From Candidatus Iainarchaeum sp. (GTDB lineage: Archaea > Iainarchaeota > Iainarchaeia > Iainarchaeales > VGJJ01), in NCBI GenBank assembly GCA_043803765.1, contig JAZDJQ010000004.1:1-64000 (forward strand): 64,000 bases of DNA, read 5' to 3'. Each line of letters opens with the position of its first letter. Position 1 is the stretch's first letter. Shown piece by piece: positions 18,288 to 26,902 of the stretch. The position numbers and the translations under genes were made by a program. Under the pieces are notes generated by a model that was given only the letters and a program-made list of their open reading frames with translations, ran no database searches and was not told where the DNA came from.

Positions 18288-19520
18288 CTAAAAAATAGCC
18301 ATAGCAACAAGTCTGATGACGTCAATGGGTCTCTTTAAAAAAACTTTCAAAAAAACCACGACGAGTTTCACTTTATCGGATAAAAGACTATCAATTTTAT
18401 GAAGTTTATTGATATCGATTAGAACTCTAAAAAGTGAATCAAAAGTCTTATTGTCCATTTTGTTCATAATTGAACGTAAAAAATGACTTTCTCTCTCATT
18501 CTTTAATAATCTGTACTTAAGTTCATGCTCATAGATTTCCAAGCAATGTGGGTTATCAATATTATCAGCAATTATACTTGCGGAAAGATAGCCTGAAATG
18601 ATGGCTTGTCTAACACCATATCCAAAGATAGGATCCATTACTAGCCCAGCATCCCCTACAAGTGCAACATTCCCAATAACCCTTTTTTTTATAATACCTG
18701 CTTTTCCGATACCAACAAAAGTATTCTGTATTTTTGAACCATTCAAAATGGATTTTAGTTCATAATTTTCTTCTTTGAATCTCTCAAAAAAATATTTTAA
18801 TGACTTGTTCGACTGTTTTGCCTTATCGATAACAATTGATGCCACACAAAAATTATTATTTGTTCGACCAAGATAAAAATAACCCCCTGGAGCTAAAATA
18901 GAATCAAAAAAAATATGAGTCTCACCGGATGGAATATTAATATCCGTAAACACGCCCCCATAACCAACTAAATCTACCCCTTTGCTCTCTAAAAAAAGAA
19001 ATCCGAATTTTTCAAAAATTTTGAAATTAATTCCAACAGCCCCTATAATAAATCGGGTATTAACCAGAACGTGGTTGGAACCTTTTCTTACTTTTACTTT
19101 AGAAAAAAAACCATTTTTACCATATATATCAACTATTTCTGCGTCAGTCCAGAATTTTGCTCCAAGTCTTGATGCTTTCAAAGACACAATTGACTCAAAT
19201 GACTTTTTGCCTGGCCCGCGTAAAATATAATAGTCATGAACATTGGAATGTAATGTAAATGTACAAGATGGAGAGTGCCAAACAGATTTGTTGAATTTAC
19301 CGATGTGTGGAAGATCAAGCTCATAAAAAATATCATCTAGTTCTAAATTTTCAGTTATATCAATTTTTTCATTATTATGGGATCCAATTTTATTTAGTTT
19401 TTCAATTACTAAAACACTTCGACCATCTTTAGCGATTTTAAGAGCAGCGACTGTTCCAGCAATCCCTGCCCCAACCACTAGAACATCAACAAAAATTTCC
19501 TTCATTATTACCACAATCAT
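18288..19520 (-). CDS. second, divergent geranylgeranyl reductase-family FAD oxidoreductase
   Basis: DVLVVGAGIAG, APGGYFY, LVGDAG..DPIFGYGVRQAI; probable start MKEIF. Confidence 0.85.
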   Translation of the reverse strand: MIVVIMKEIFVDVLVVGAGIAGTVAALKIAKDGRSVLVIEKLNKIGSHNNEKIDITENLELDDIFYELDLPHIGKFNKSVWHSPSCTFTLHSNVHDYYILRGPGKKSFESIVSLKASRLGAKFWTDAEIVDIYGKNGFFSKVKVRKGSNHVLVNTRFIIGAVGINFKIFEKFGFLFLESKGVDLVGYGGVFTDINIPSGETHIFFDSILAPGGYFYLGRTNNNFCVASIVIDKAKQSNKSLKYFFERFKEENYELKSILNGSKIQNTFVGIGKAGIIKKRVIGNVALVGDAGLVMDPIFGYGVRQAIISGYLSASIIADNIDNPHCLEIYEHELKYRLLKNERESHFLRSIMNKMDNKTFDSLFRVLIDINKLHKIDSLLSDKVKLVVVFLKVFLKRPIDVIRLVAMAIF

Positions 19521-19543
19521 TATTCCTTTTTAGGGGTTGCTGA

Positions 19544-19924
19544 TTAAGGAGTTGAAAGGATAGCTGTGATTTTCCTTTTAGAATTTTCAATTTCAACATC
19601 TAGAAGTCCTTGATTTGCTAACGCAGGAACTACTGCAACTAAAGCAAATTCCCTCGACACGGGTGCAAGGATAATAGTGTATTCGGCCAGGTCCATGTTG
19701 AGTCTTTCGAGTTTGTAGTCGTAGAATTTTCCAATGGTGTCAAAGAGGTCGTTTGTTGTATCAAGGATGAGTTTGAATAATCCTGAATCCTTGATTTTCT
19801 GGTTGGCCGGGACAACACCCCCGAGTCCTTTCTTTGCGAGCATACAAGCCATAACATCGTCCAGCTTGAGGAGACTTTGAAGTTCCAGCGTTATCAATTC
19901 TGTTTTAGTCGGCATAATTACCAT
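19544..19924 (-). CDS. Roadblock/LC7-domain protein
   Basis: Helix, then VMACMLAKKGL, then YTIILAPVSREFALVAVV..NQGLLDVEIE: typical roadblock topology. Confidence 0.75.
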   Translation of the reverse strand: MVIMPTKTELITLELQSLLKLDDVMACMLAKKGLGGVVPANQKIKDSGLFKLILDTTNDLFDTIGKFYDYKLERLNMDLAEYTIILAPVSREFALVAVVPALANQGLLDVEIENSKRKITAILSTP

Positions 19925-19926
19925 CC

Positions 19927-20541
19927 CTAAATAGGAAGACCCCGCACGTTATACTGATAGTGTTTTTTGAGTTTTTCGGAGTAGTCTCCTACCGAGGCGT
20001 AGGCGATATCGAATCCTATGAAGGCAATAAAGTATTCTAATCCATAGAATCCAAAGTATACTCCTAGAAAAACGGCAATTTTCATGATGAAACGATAGTG
20101 AAAAAAGAAAAGAAAGGGTTTTGCGATTTCGGGATGTTTATCCACATAGTCGTTTCCGATCTCGTCCAATACCCCTGCCACTGTGAGAAAAACAAGTGGC
20201 CCCCACAGGAAATCTACAATTTTGTAGAAATATAATATAATTAGCCCCGAAATGATTGCCAACGCTCCTACGTGAAAACCAATATTATCTACTTTGTTTC
20301 GAGATAATACCGCAAGGAAAATAGCCCCAAGGATAGTAGCAGATGGAACACTTAAGTACATCATAAATATCCAAAAAATAGCAATAACGGGTGCCACGAG
20401 CAGTGCTTTGGTTTTGCTGAATGTTTTTTCATCAAAAGCATCGTCAATATACTTAATGCCACCTCCCAACACCATGTAGGAGGCCAATAGAAAGGGGTAA
20501 AGAAAATAAGGGTCTGGAAAAAGGACATCTTGTGGGATCAT
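19927..20541 (-). CDS. uncharacterised polytopic membrane protein with Asp-rich motifs
   Basis: 6-7 TM helices; KYIDDAFDE, KVDN, LDEIGNDYVD. Confidence 0.8.
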   Translation of the reverse strand: MIPQDVLFPDPYFLYPFLLASYMVLGGGIKYIDDAFDEKTFSKTKALLVAPVIAIFWIFMMYLSVPSATILGAIFLAVLSRNKVDNIGFHVGALAIISGLIILYFYKIVDFLWGPLVFLTVAGVLDEIGNDYVDKHPEIAKPFLFFFHYRFIMKIAVFLGVYFGFYGLEYFIAFIGFDIAYASVGDYSEKLKKHYQYNVRGLPI

Positions 20542-20584
20542 ATATGCCTCAGCAGGAACACCAATTACATTTCATGCCATATTT

Positions 20585-21352
20585 CTATAAACTAAGTCCG
20601 TCCGAAGGTTTGCTTTCTTCAAACGCTACACCTTTAGAGGTTAATTGATAGTTCAAACTTGTCTTTCCATGATCAGTATACCGCATTTTTCTAATACGGA
20701 GAGTACGAAAGGCGGATTGTCCTACAACCAAATTTTCCAACGTAACAACCCCATCCGTCACAAACTCTGTGACCCCATCGGCGGATAATCGTTGCATTCC
20801 TTCCGGTAGTTCGGATGTCATTATCACGGTTGCGCCGAATTCTTTTAGTTTGTTGATTAAATTATAGAGTATTATTTTTGTCATGATTTGTTCTGTTCGT
20901 TGCACGGGAGAAACGGTGTCGGCAATCTTGATTAGTGACACTCCTACATCTTTTTGTAATTCTGACATCATCATGGAATCGGTTAATGTTGTCAACGAAT
21001 CAACTACGATGCGTTTAGGTTTAAACGTTTCAACGAACTCTTCCACTTTCTGAATAAAATGATCCTGTTCTAAAACTTTGAAATAGATAACCTTCAACAG
21101 ATTCTTATTTTCTAAGTCAACTAAATTCCATCCAAACTGGGAAGCGGCCTTCTGTAATTCCTCTTCAGTCTGTTCGGTTGAAATATACAACCCTTTCTCA
21201 CCAAATAAAGTAGCCCCGTTCACCAAAAACTGCATCCCCATAGTCGATTTTCCAGTTCCGGCTCCACCTGATAACAATACGAGATTTCCCTCAGGAAAAC
21301 CCCCCATGAGCGCCTTATCTAGACCTTGAATGCCCGTCTTCGTTCGCTGCAT
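20585..21352 (-). CDS. single-domain KaiC/RAD55-like ATPase
   Basis: TGIQGLDKALMGGFP, GGAGTGKST, YISTEQ, RIVVDSL, EFVTDGVV, LRIRKMR; start at MQRTKTG. Confidence 0.93.
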   Translation of the reverse strand: MQRTKTGIQGLDKALMGGFPEGNLVLLSGGAGTGKSTMGMQFLVNGATLFGEKGLYISTEQTEEELQKAASQFGWNLVDLENKNLLKVIYFKVLEQDHFIQKVEEFVETFKPKRIVVDSLTTLTDSMMMSELQKDVGVSLIKIADTVSPVQRTEQIMTKIILYNLINKLKEFGATVIMTSELPEGMQRLSADGVTEFVTDGVVTLENLVVGQSAFRTLRIRKMRYTDHGKTSLNYQLTSKGVAFEESKPSDGLSL

Positions 21353-21433
21353 GAGGGAAGAAGACTCTAGTCGTATAAAAAGAAGGTGGATTGGATTATT
21401 GTGAATGGGTTTTAAAAGAATCCTAAACGAGTT

Positions 21434-22302
21434 ATGTTTATGGACATCGGGCGGGAAGCGGTTCCTTTTACGGGTGGTAGTCAACGCGTGAGGGACTATG
21501 TATTGGTCATCCTCAGTGAAGAGTTTCCGCTAACAGTTAAGGAGATTTATAGACAAGTCTTGAAACAGGGAAATAATGTCACGTATCAGGCTGTGCATAA
21601 AGTCATCACTCAACTTCTAAGTGAAAACATTTTAGAGAAAAAAGGGAAAAATGTTCAACTTAGCTCGCAATGGATAGAACGTGTTAAAGATTACGCGTTC
21701 ACTGTGAATGTAGCATATTTCAAGGGAAAAGAATTCAACCTCCCACGTCATCTTGATCAATCTCACCGCGTGACGTTCGATGACTATTCTTCATATGTCA
21801 CTTGGCTAGCCGAGAATTTCCGTGATGGAAAATTCACTGGAAGAAAACCGTCTGCCGTATACGGGATGTTCCGTCATGCATTGTTTCCACTGCGGTTCAA
21901 TTTTATGGATTTCAATCTTCTTCGGGCTGCTGCGTCCAGTTGTACTATCAGGGGTTCTCGACAGAAGATACTCCGTTCGACCGATGGGTAACTCATAATT
22001 ATATGCTGGGCGGAATCAAGGAATTCCAGACTGGAATCAAAGTGGATATTAATGACGATTATTTCTCGGTTGGAGATATGGTCATTCGTGCTCACTTTTC
22101 GGATGCTACCATTGCATTCTTAGATAATGCATTTGGCAAGATTGGCGACATGAAACAATTGTTCCAATTCTATTTTCAGACGATGGGGAAGAAGGAACCT
22201 ACTCATATTGAGGTCACTATTGAAAAAAATCCCACTATGGCAAGGATAATCAAAAATCAAATCCTCACATATCTTGGTAAGAAAGAAGAAATAATCAAAT
22301 GA
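21434..22302 (+). pseudogene. winged-helix regulator with C-terminal domain, split by a single frameshift (ORFs 21434-21991 and 21940-22302)
   Basis: wHTH FPLTVKEIYRQV..VTYQAVHKVITQLLSENILEK; one extra G in the G4 run 21951-21954 joins both ORFs (..CTIRGFSTEDTPFDRW..); may be a sequencing error. Confidence 0.7.
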
Positions 22303-22386
22303 TGTAATTGAAAAATAGCATAATAACTACCCGTACAATTCATATTATATCAAGAATCGCTGTTCTAATAAGTGATTTTTTTCTAC

Positions 22387-22530
22387 TCACACATTCCTCT
22401 CAACCCATTTTTTCAATATGCGATTGAGCACCAATTCGGTTGTTTGTTCCCCTGGGCCATAACGTTTTTCCACTATTTTCCTGAATTTTTCTTCCACTTC
22501 CTTTTCAATATCCACAATCCACGTGCTCAT
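22387..22530 (-). CDS. 47-aa ribbon-helix-helix-like DNA-binding protein (absent from the ORF track)
   Basis: Hand translation MSTWIVDIEKEVEEKFRKIVEKRYGPGEQTTELVLNRILKKWVERNV; GGGGGA SD-like motif upstream. Confidence 0.7.
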   Translation of the reverse strand: MSTWIVDIEKEVEEKFRKIVEKRYGPGEQTTELVLNRILKKWVERNV

Positions 22531-22649
22531 TTTGGTATTCCCCCTTACTCTTTTCCTTTTTTTCGTTCATAGTCGTGAAGGAGCACTCCCTATATCGCCA
22601 ATAATGGGGAATAGGAAAATGCACCCATAGAATTATGTTGATGTTTTGG

Positions 22650-22691
22650 GTAATATAGATGTGGTTTAACCTCATTCAACTTTACCGTTGA
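22650..22691 (-). promoter_or_regulatory. promoter with TCAAC-N6-GTTGA palindrome (copy 2)
   Basis: gtaatatag..tggtt.aac.....TCAACTTTACCGTTGA, same spacing as 10883-10924. Confidence 0.65.
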
Positions 22692-22844
22692 TTTTCATAC
22701 CAAAATTATTCCCCCTTTTTCATTGGCATCGTGTTATTTGGAATCACTCGCTGCATCGTTTTTCTCTCTTTTTTCGCTATATTTTTATACAATACCCCGC
22801 ATTTACCGTTTATCAACGAATGAATATTCGACACGGATGGGTGA

Positions 22845-23924
22845 ATGAGAATGAGTGAACAACCTATTGATATTAAGAAATTCCTATCCGAGGGGTCGGA
22901 GGAAATTAATACCGCCATCGAGAAGCTTGTTCCCCATACGATTGATGTAGAATGGTTGGAAAAAACATTTGGTAAACCATCCTATGGATACGACGTTGAG
23001 AGTATTCAGAAAGGCATCATTGAACCCATGTGGGATTTGTTAGATCGGGGGGGAAAGCGATGGCGTCCTGCATTATTCTTGTTAAGTCTAGAAGCAGTGG
23101 GGGGAAATAAGGAAAAATATTTCCATTATACGGCATTGCCGGAGATTATTCATAATGGAACGCTTATTGCGGATGATGTAGAGGATAGTTCCGAATTACG
23201 AAGAGGAAAACCCTGCATTCACAAAATTTATGGAGTGGATGTGGCGGTGAATTTGTACCCAGCCATGTTCTTTTTTCCATTTGCTTTAGTGTGGCGCGAT
23301 CCAACATTGGATGATAAAACCAAAATCAAGCTTGCAGAATTAATTACGTTTGAATTGTTGCGCTGCCACGCAGGGCAGGGATTAGATATCTGGTGGCACC
23401 GAGGAAACAAATACAATGTGAGTGAAAATGAATATTTGCAAATGTGCGCGTACAAAACAGGAACACTTGCGCGTTTGTCGGCTAAAATGGGGGCCGTGTT
23501 AGGAAAAGGGAGTGAGGAACAAATTGAAGCATTGGGAAAGTTTGCCGAAACAATAGGAGTAGCATTCCAGATACAAGATGATATTCTTAATTTAGTAGGA
23601 GAAGAATTTGGAAAAGGAAAAGGAGCAGGAGAAGACATTCATGAGGGAAAAAGAACCATTATGGTATTGCATACTCTTGAAAAGGCCACTCCAGAGGATA
23701 AACGGCGATTATTGGGTATTTTGAATGCCCACCCTGAAGATGAGAAAACGATACAAGAAGCCATTGAAATCATCAAAAAATACGGCGGAATCGAATACGG
23801 TGCGGGCAGAGCAAAAGAACTTGTTGAAAAAAGCTGGAAGATGGTAGAAAAAGTGCTTCCTTCATCGCACGCCAAAAACGTACTGCAGGCGTTCGCACAT
23901 TATTTGATTAACAGAAAAATATGA
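22845..23924 (+). CDS. idsA: polyprenyl (geranylgeranyl) diphosphate synthase
   Basis: GGKRWRP, LIADDVED..RRG, GQGLD, YKTG, FQIQDD, EDIHEGK. Confidence 0.93.
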   Translation: MRMSEQPIDIKKFLSEGSEEINTAIEKLVPHTIDVEWLEKTFGKPSYGYDVESIQKGIIEPMWDLLDRGGKRWRPALFLLSLEAVGGNKEKYFHYTALPEIIHNGTLIADDVEDSSELRRGKPCIHKIYGVDVAVNLYPAMFFFPFALVWRDPTLDDKTKIKLAELITFELLRCHAGQGLDIWWHRGNKYNVSENEYLQMCAYKTGTLARLSAKMGAVLGKGSEEQIEALGKFAETIGVAFQIQDDILNLVGEEFGKGKGAGEDIHEGKRTIMVLHTLEKATPEDKRRLLGILNAHPEDEKTIQEAIEIIKKYGGIEYGAGRAKELVEKSWKMVEKVLPSSHAKNVLQAFAHYLINRKI

Positions 23925-23939
23925 TAGCTGGATTTCGCA

Positions 23940-24503
23940 TTACGAATTCAAGCTCAACTGCCGCTGCGTCTGCTCTTTCGTGAAGTCAAATTCTTTTAGT
24001 GGTTTGAGAATAAAGGTGCAGTCTCCCGGACGTAAGGCGTGGCATTCACTCTCAACGCATTCAACGTTTGTTTCAAAATATTCGGAAAAAATAGCAGCGA
24101 GAATGGCACGCGTGTAGTGGTCGGAAGGATGTTTTACTTTTCCCTGCACGGCATTTGCGAGAGGAGAAAAGGACAATACTACGATGGCGCGGTGATTCAC
24201 TTCGTCCACTTCCACGTTTTTCATTAATCCCCAACCGGAAGCCATGAAGAATGCTTGGGCCAATTCTAAAAACTTGGGTTTGGTTGTTCCTGCTTTGAAT
24301 TTTGGAATGAGTTTTTGTCTCGTTGATTTCTTGAATGCATAATATACGGCCTTATTGATAAGTGGTTCATCTAACTCAGCAAAGCCAAGCAACATGTCCA
24401 CTGGGACGATTACGAATGGAATATCAAGCACATAGAAATTATAGTCTTTAAACTTCAATTGCGAAGTAAAAATGAATTTATCAAAAAAATTATTGAGAAC
24501 CAT
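23940..24503 (-). CDS. V4R (4-vinyl reductase) domain protein
   Basis: FMASGWG, DHYTRAILAAIFS, CVESECHAL...CTF. Confidence 0.82.
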   Translation of the reverse strand: MVLNNFFDKFIFTSQLKFKDYNFYVLDIPFVIVPVDMLLGFAELDEPLINKAVYYAFKKSTRQKLIPKFKAGTTKPKFLELAQAFFMASGWGLMKNVEVDEVNHRAIVVLSFSPLANAVQGKVKHPSDHYTRAILAAIFSEYFETNVECVESECHALRPGDCTFILKPLKEFDFTKEQTQRQLSLNS

Positions 24504-24509
24504 ATTGAA

Positions 24510-24911
24510 TCATCGACTCCTCTTTGGATGCAGTGAAAGGTATTTCGTTTCATGCATGATGCGAAGGGATTCCACTTCATACGGCCATACGACTAATGCG
24601 TTTCCAAAACGCTTGGACATGAGGTGTTTTTTCTGAACGAGTTTTTTGATGTGATATACGATGCGCGAAGATAAGATGCGTTTTTCTTCCCGAGTAGAGA
24701 AAGAATGACCTAGGAATTCGGCGATTTCCAGTGAAGAGGTGGGCCAGCGATTTTTTACCACATGAAGAATACGGTCCTCTTCAGAGGAAAGGAAAGCAAC
24801 ATCGCCATCCTCTCTCATTTCAGGCATGTTCGAATAGTAATCGATCAGATGCTGATTCACAATAGAATGGAAAGAGCGGCCCCGAGAATAAAAGGACATC
24901 TGGCATGCCAA
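24510..24911 (-). CDS. winged-helix protein
   Basis: WPTSSLEIAEFLG..RIVYHIKKLVQKKHLMSKRFGNALVVWP; true start probably near 24828. Confidence 0.7.
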   Translation of the reverse strand: MACQMSFYSRGRSFHSIVNQHLIDYYSNMPEMREDGDVAFLSSEEDRILHVVKNRWPTSSLEIAEFLGHSFSTREEKRILSSRIVYHIKKLVQKKHLMSKRFGNALVVWPYEVESLRIMHETKYLSLHPKRSR

Positions 24912-24944
24912 AAAAGAAAAGGGGTAAGTAGCCCCCTTCTTTAC

Positions 24945-25244
24945 TTAAATATCGGATTCGGAAACTGCATCCACGTCCTCGGACAAATCATCCAAATCAT
25001 TTTGAAGAGCATCCAAGTCATCCGTGGTAATGTCATTTGGACCTGTTCCGGTTCCTTCCGTTAGTATTCCTGCTAGCGTGCCACCGAAAGTCCCATCGTC
25101 CTTGATGTTCTCCCCATTTCCCGCAGAGGCATCATCCGCATCTCCTGTTGATTCTGGGTTGTTGATGCACCCCAAAAAGAGGAGCATCCCTGCGAATAGC
25201 ACTAATCCCACGAATGGGATGCGGGGGGCAATACGTGTTGTCAT
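24945..25244 (-). CDS. small acidic lipoprotein
   Basis: Signal peptide ending in lipobox LFLGC; Asp-rich mature part. Confidence 0.7.
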   Translation of the reverse strand: MTTRIAPRIPFVGLVLFAGMLLFLGCINNPESTGDADDASAGNGENIKDDGTFGGTLAGILTEGTGTGPNDITTDDLDALQNDLDDLSEDVDAVSESDI

Positions 25245-26362
25245 TCGTCATCCCCTCCATTATCATCCGATTCATCAGTAACTTCAGTAATTTCGGTCTC
25301 GGATAATACTTCTTCCACTTCTATGGAAACTTCTTCAGCCGATAAAGGAATGATTGCTGATTCAATGGCGGCTATCGCGTCTTCCGATACTGTTTGTCCA
25401 TTCTGGTGGGCATTAATCCACCGTATGATAGCACGAATGGCGTTCACCGATTGGTTGGCATAGACTTTCATCTTTACCAGTTCCCTGTGAAGTTCCCTAA
25501 TTTCCGCATGAGTAGCGGTATCGGATTGCACCAGTTCTTTAGATGATAATACCTTCGCAATAGATTCGTCTAATTGGTCATTCAATACCGTCAGCTTCTC
25601 GATTGCCAACCGCAATCGTGGCATGGCCGCTCCACTATCCTCCAATTCATCATCGTATTTGTTTGTCAAACGAAGAATGAAGGTTCCCAGTTTGTCGGAA
25701 ATAGCATTGGCTTTCTCAACCGCGGATTCGGTTTTCTGCAAAATATGCCTTTGCCTTAATTCCAAGAGTTCCTGATCCACTTCTTCTTCATCCGCACTGT
25801 TGATGGTAGAAGCGTTCTCCAGCCTTGCGCGCAGTGCAGTCAAGGAAGGACGTGTTTCGCTATCCGCAATTTCTTCCGCTATGCGCAGTCGTGCAACGGC
25901 ACGAGTCTTGGAATCTTCTATTTTTTTTGTCGCAAGGACGTTAAGGACAAAATCATTATGATTATGCAAATTAGCAACTCGTGTGCGAAATGCGGCCAGC
26001 TTTTCTGCATTAATCTGCTGGCGCAGCCGCTGCAGGAAAGCTTCCTTTTCCGTTGCATTCAATGACTCGAGCTCGCTCTTGGTGATGCCCATGGCAATCA
26101 GCCGTTCCGCGTCCGAGTTGGAAACCATTAGTTTTTCCCGGATATTCGTTATGCTGCCTGAATTGAAACGAACCGCTTTACTATTTTGGTTTTGCGTGGC
26201 AATAGTCAACACGCTCGCTAGTTTGGTTTTCTGCACTTCCGCGGTATTGCCCTGTCCTTGATTCGTTGCCGAATTGGATTGTGCTACTACCATGGAGGAG
26301 GCCACCATCATGGCCATGAGCAGGAAACCCAGAATGATTATTTTTCGATTCATGCGTTCCAC
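25241..26362 (-). CDS. secreted alpha-helical/coiled-coil protein
   Basis: Signal peptide MNRKIIILGFLLMAMMVASSMVVA; heptad-rich helices; acidic tail. Confidence 0.75.
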   Translation of the reverse strand: MERMNRKIIILGFLLMAMMVASSMVVAQSNSATNQGQGNTAEVQKTKLASVLTIATQNQNSKAVRFNSGSITNIREKLMVSNSDAERLIAMGITKSELESLNATEKEAFLQRLRQQINAEKLAAFRTRVANLHNHNDFVLNVLATKKIEDSKTRAVARLRIAEEIADSETRPSLTALRARLENASTINSADEEEVDQELLELRQRHILQKTESAVEKANAISDKLGTFILRLTNKYDDELEDSGAAMPRLRLAIEKLTVLNDQLDESIAKVLSSKELVQSDTATHAEIRELHRELVKMKVYANQSVNAIRAIIRWINAHQNGQTVSEDAIAAIESAIIPLSAEEVSIEVEEVLSETEITEVTDESDDNGGDDE

Positions 26363-26463
26363 CTCTCCTGGAATTTTTTAATAGACTATTTTATTGAACT
26401 ACATGATGGGAAGACGAAGCCACATATATAAAGATACTTTATGAAAGGATTACACGAGGAGGA

Positions 26464-26880
26464 ATGGGTTTGTTTTATGCTATTCGGGAAGCAACACCGA
26501 TATCCACCATACCGGTTGAATTAACACGGATTCATTTGGTTCGACCCATTTCAACTAAAAAATTGGGTGCTATTTTAGCTCATTGTCCTCATCTAGTGGA
26601 AATTGGGGCATCCCCTTCTGTGGAAAAAAGACTTGCGCCCAAAGCAGTTGAACTGGTAAAAAAGCACAAAATAGTGTTGGTTCGCGCCCACCGTGCAGGG
26701 AGGGCATTGAATTTGGATTTGGAGACGATTCGAACGATTTCGGATTTGCGGAAGGATTTTTTGAGTGTCCGAAAAATAAGCGAGCGAGTACACGTTCCAA
26801 AAAGCACCGTGCATTATTTAGTTAAAAAATCAAAACGAGAAAAAATAAAGAAAGGAAAACATGTTATTTATGTACAGTGA
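26464..26880 (+). CDS. DUF1699-like protein with C-terminal HTH
   Basis: IHLVRPIS..ILAHCPHL..SPS; SVRKISERVHVPKSTVHYLV. Confidence 0.65.
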   Translation: MGLFYAIREATPISTIPVELTRIHLVRPISTKKLGAILAHCPHLVEIGASPSVEKRLAPKAVELVKKHKIVLVRAHRAGRALNLDLETIRTISDLRKDFLSVRKISERVHVPKSTVHYLVKKSKREKIKKGKHVIYVQ

Positions 26881-26902
26881 TTAAAGAAAGGAGAAAAAAG
26901 TG

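Noticed and set aside
20585-21352. Circadian clock
   Set aside because: Single-domain KaiC-like ATPase with no KaiA or KaiB; this type is common in archaea.
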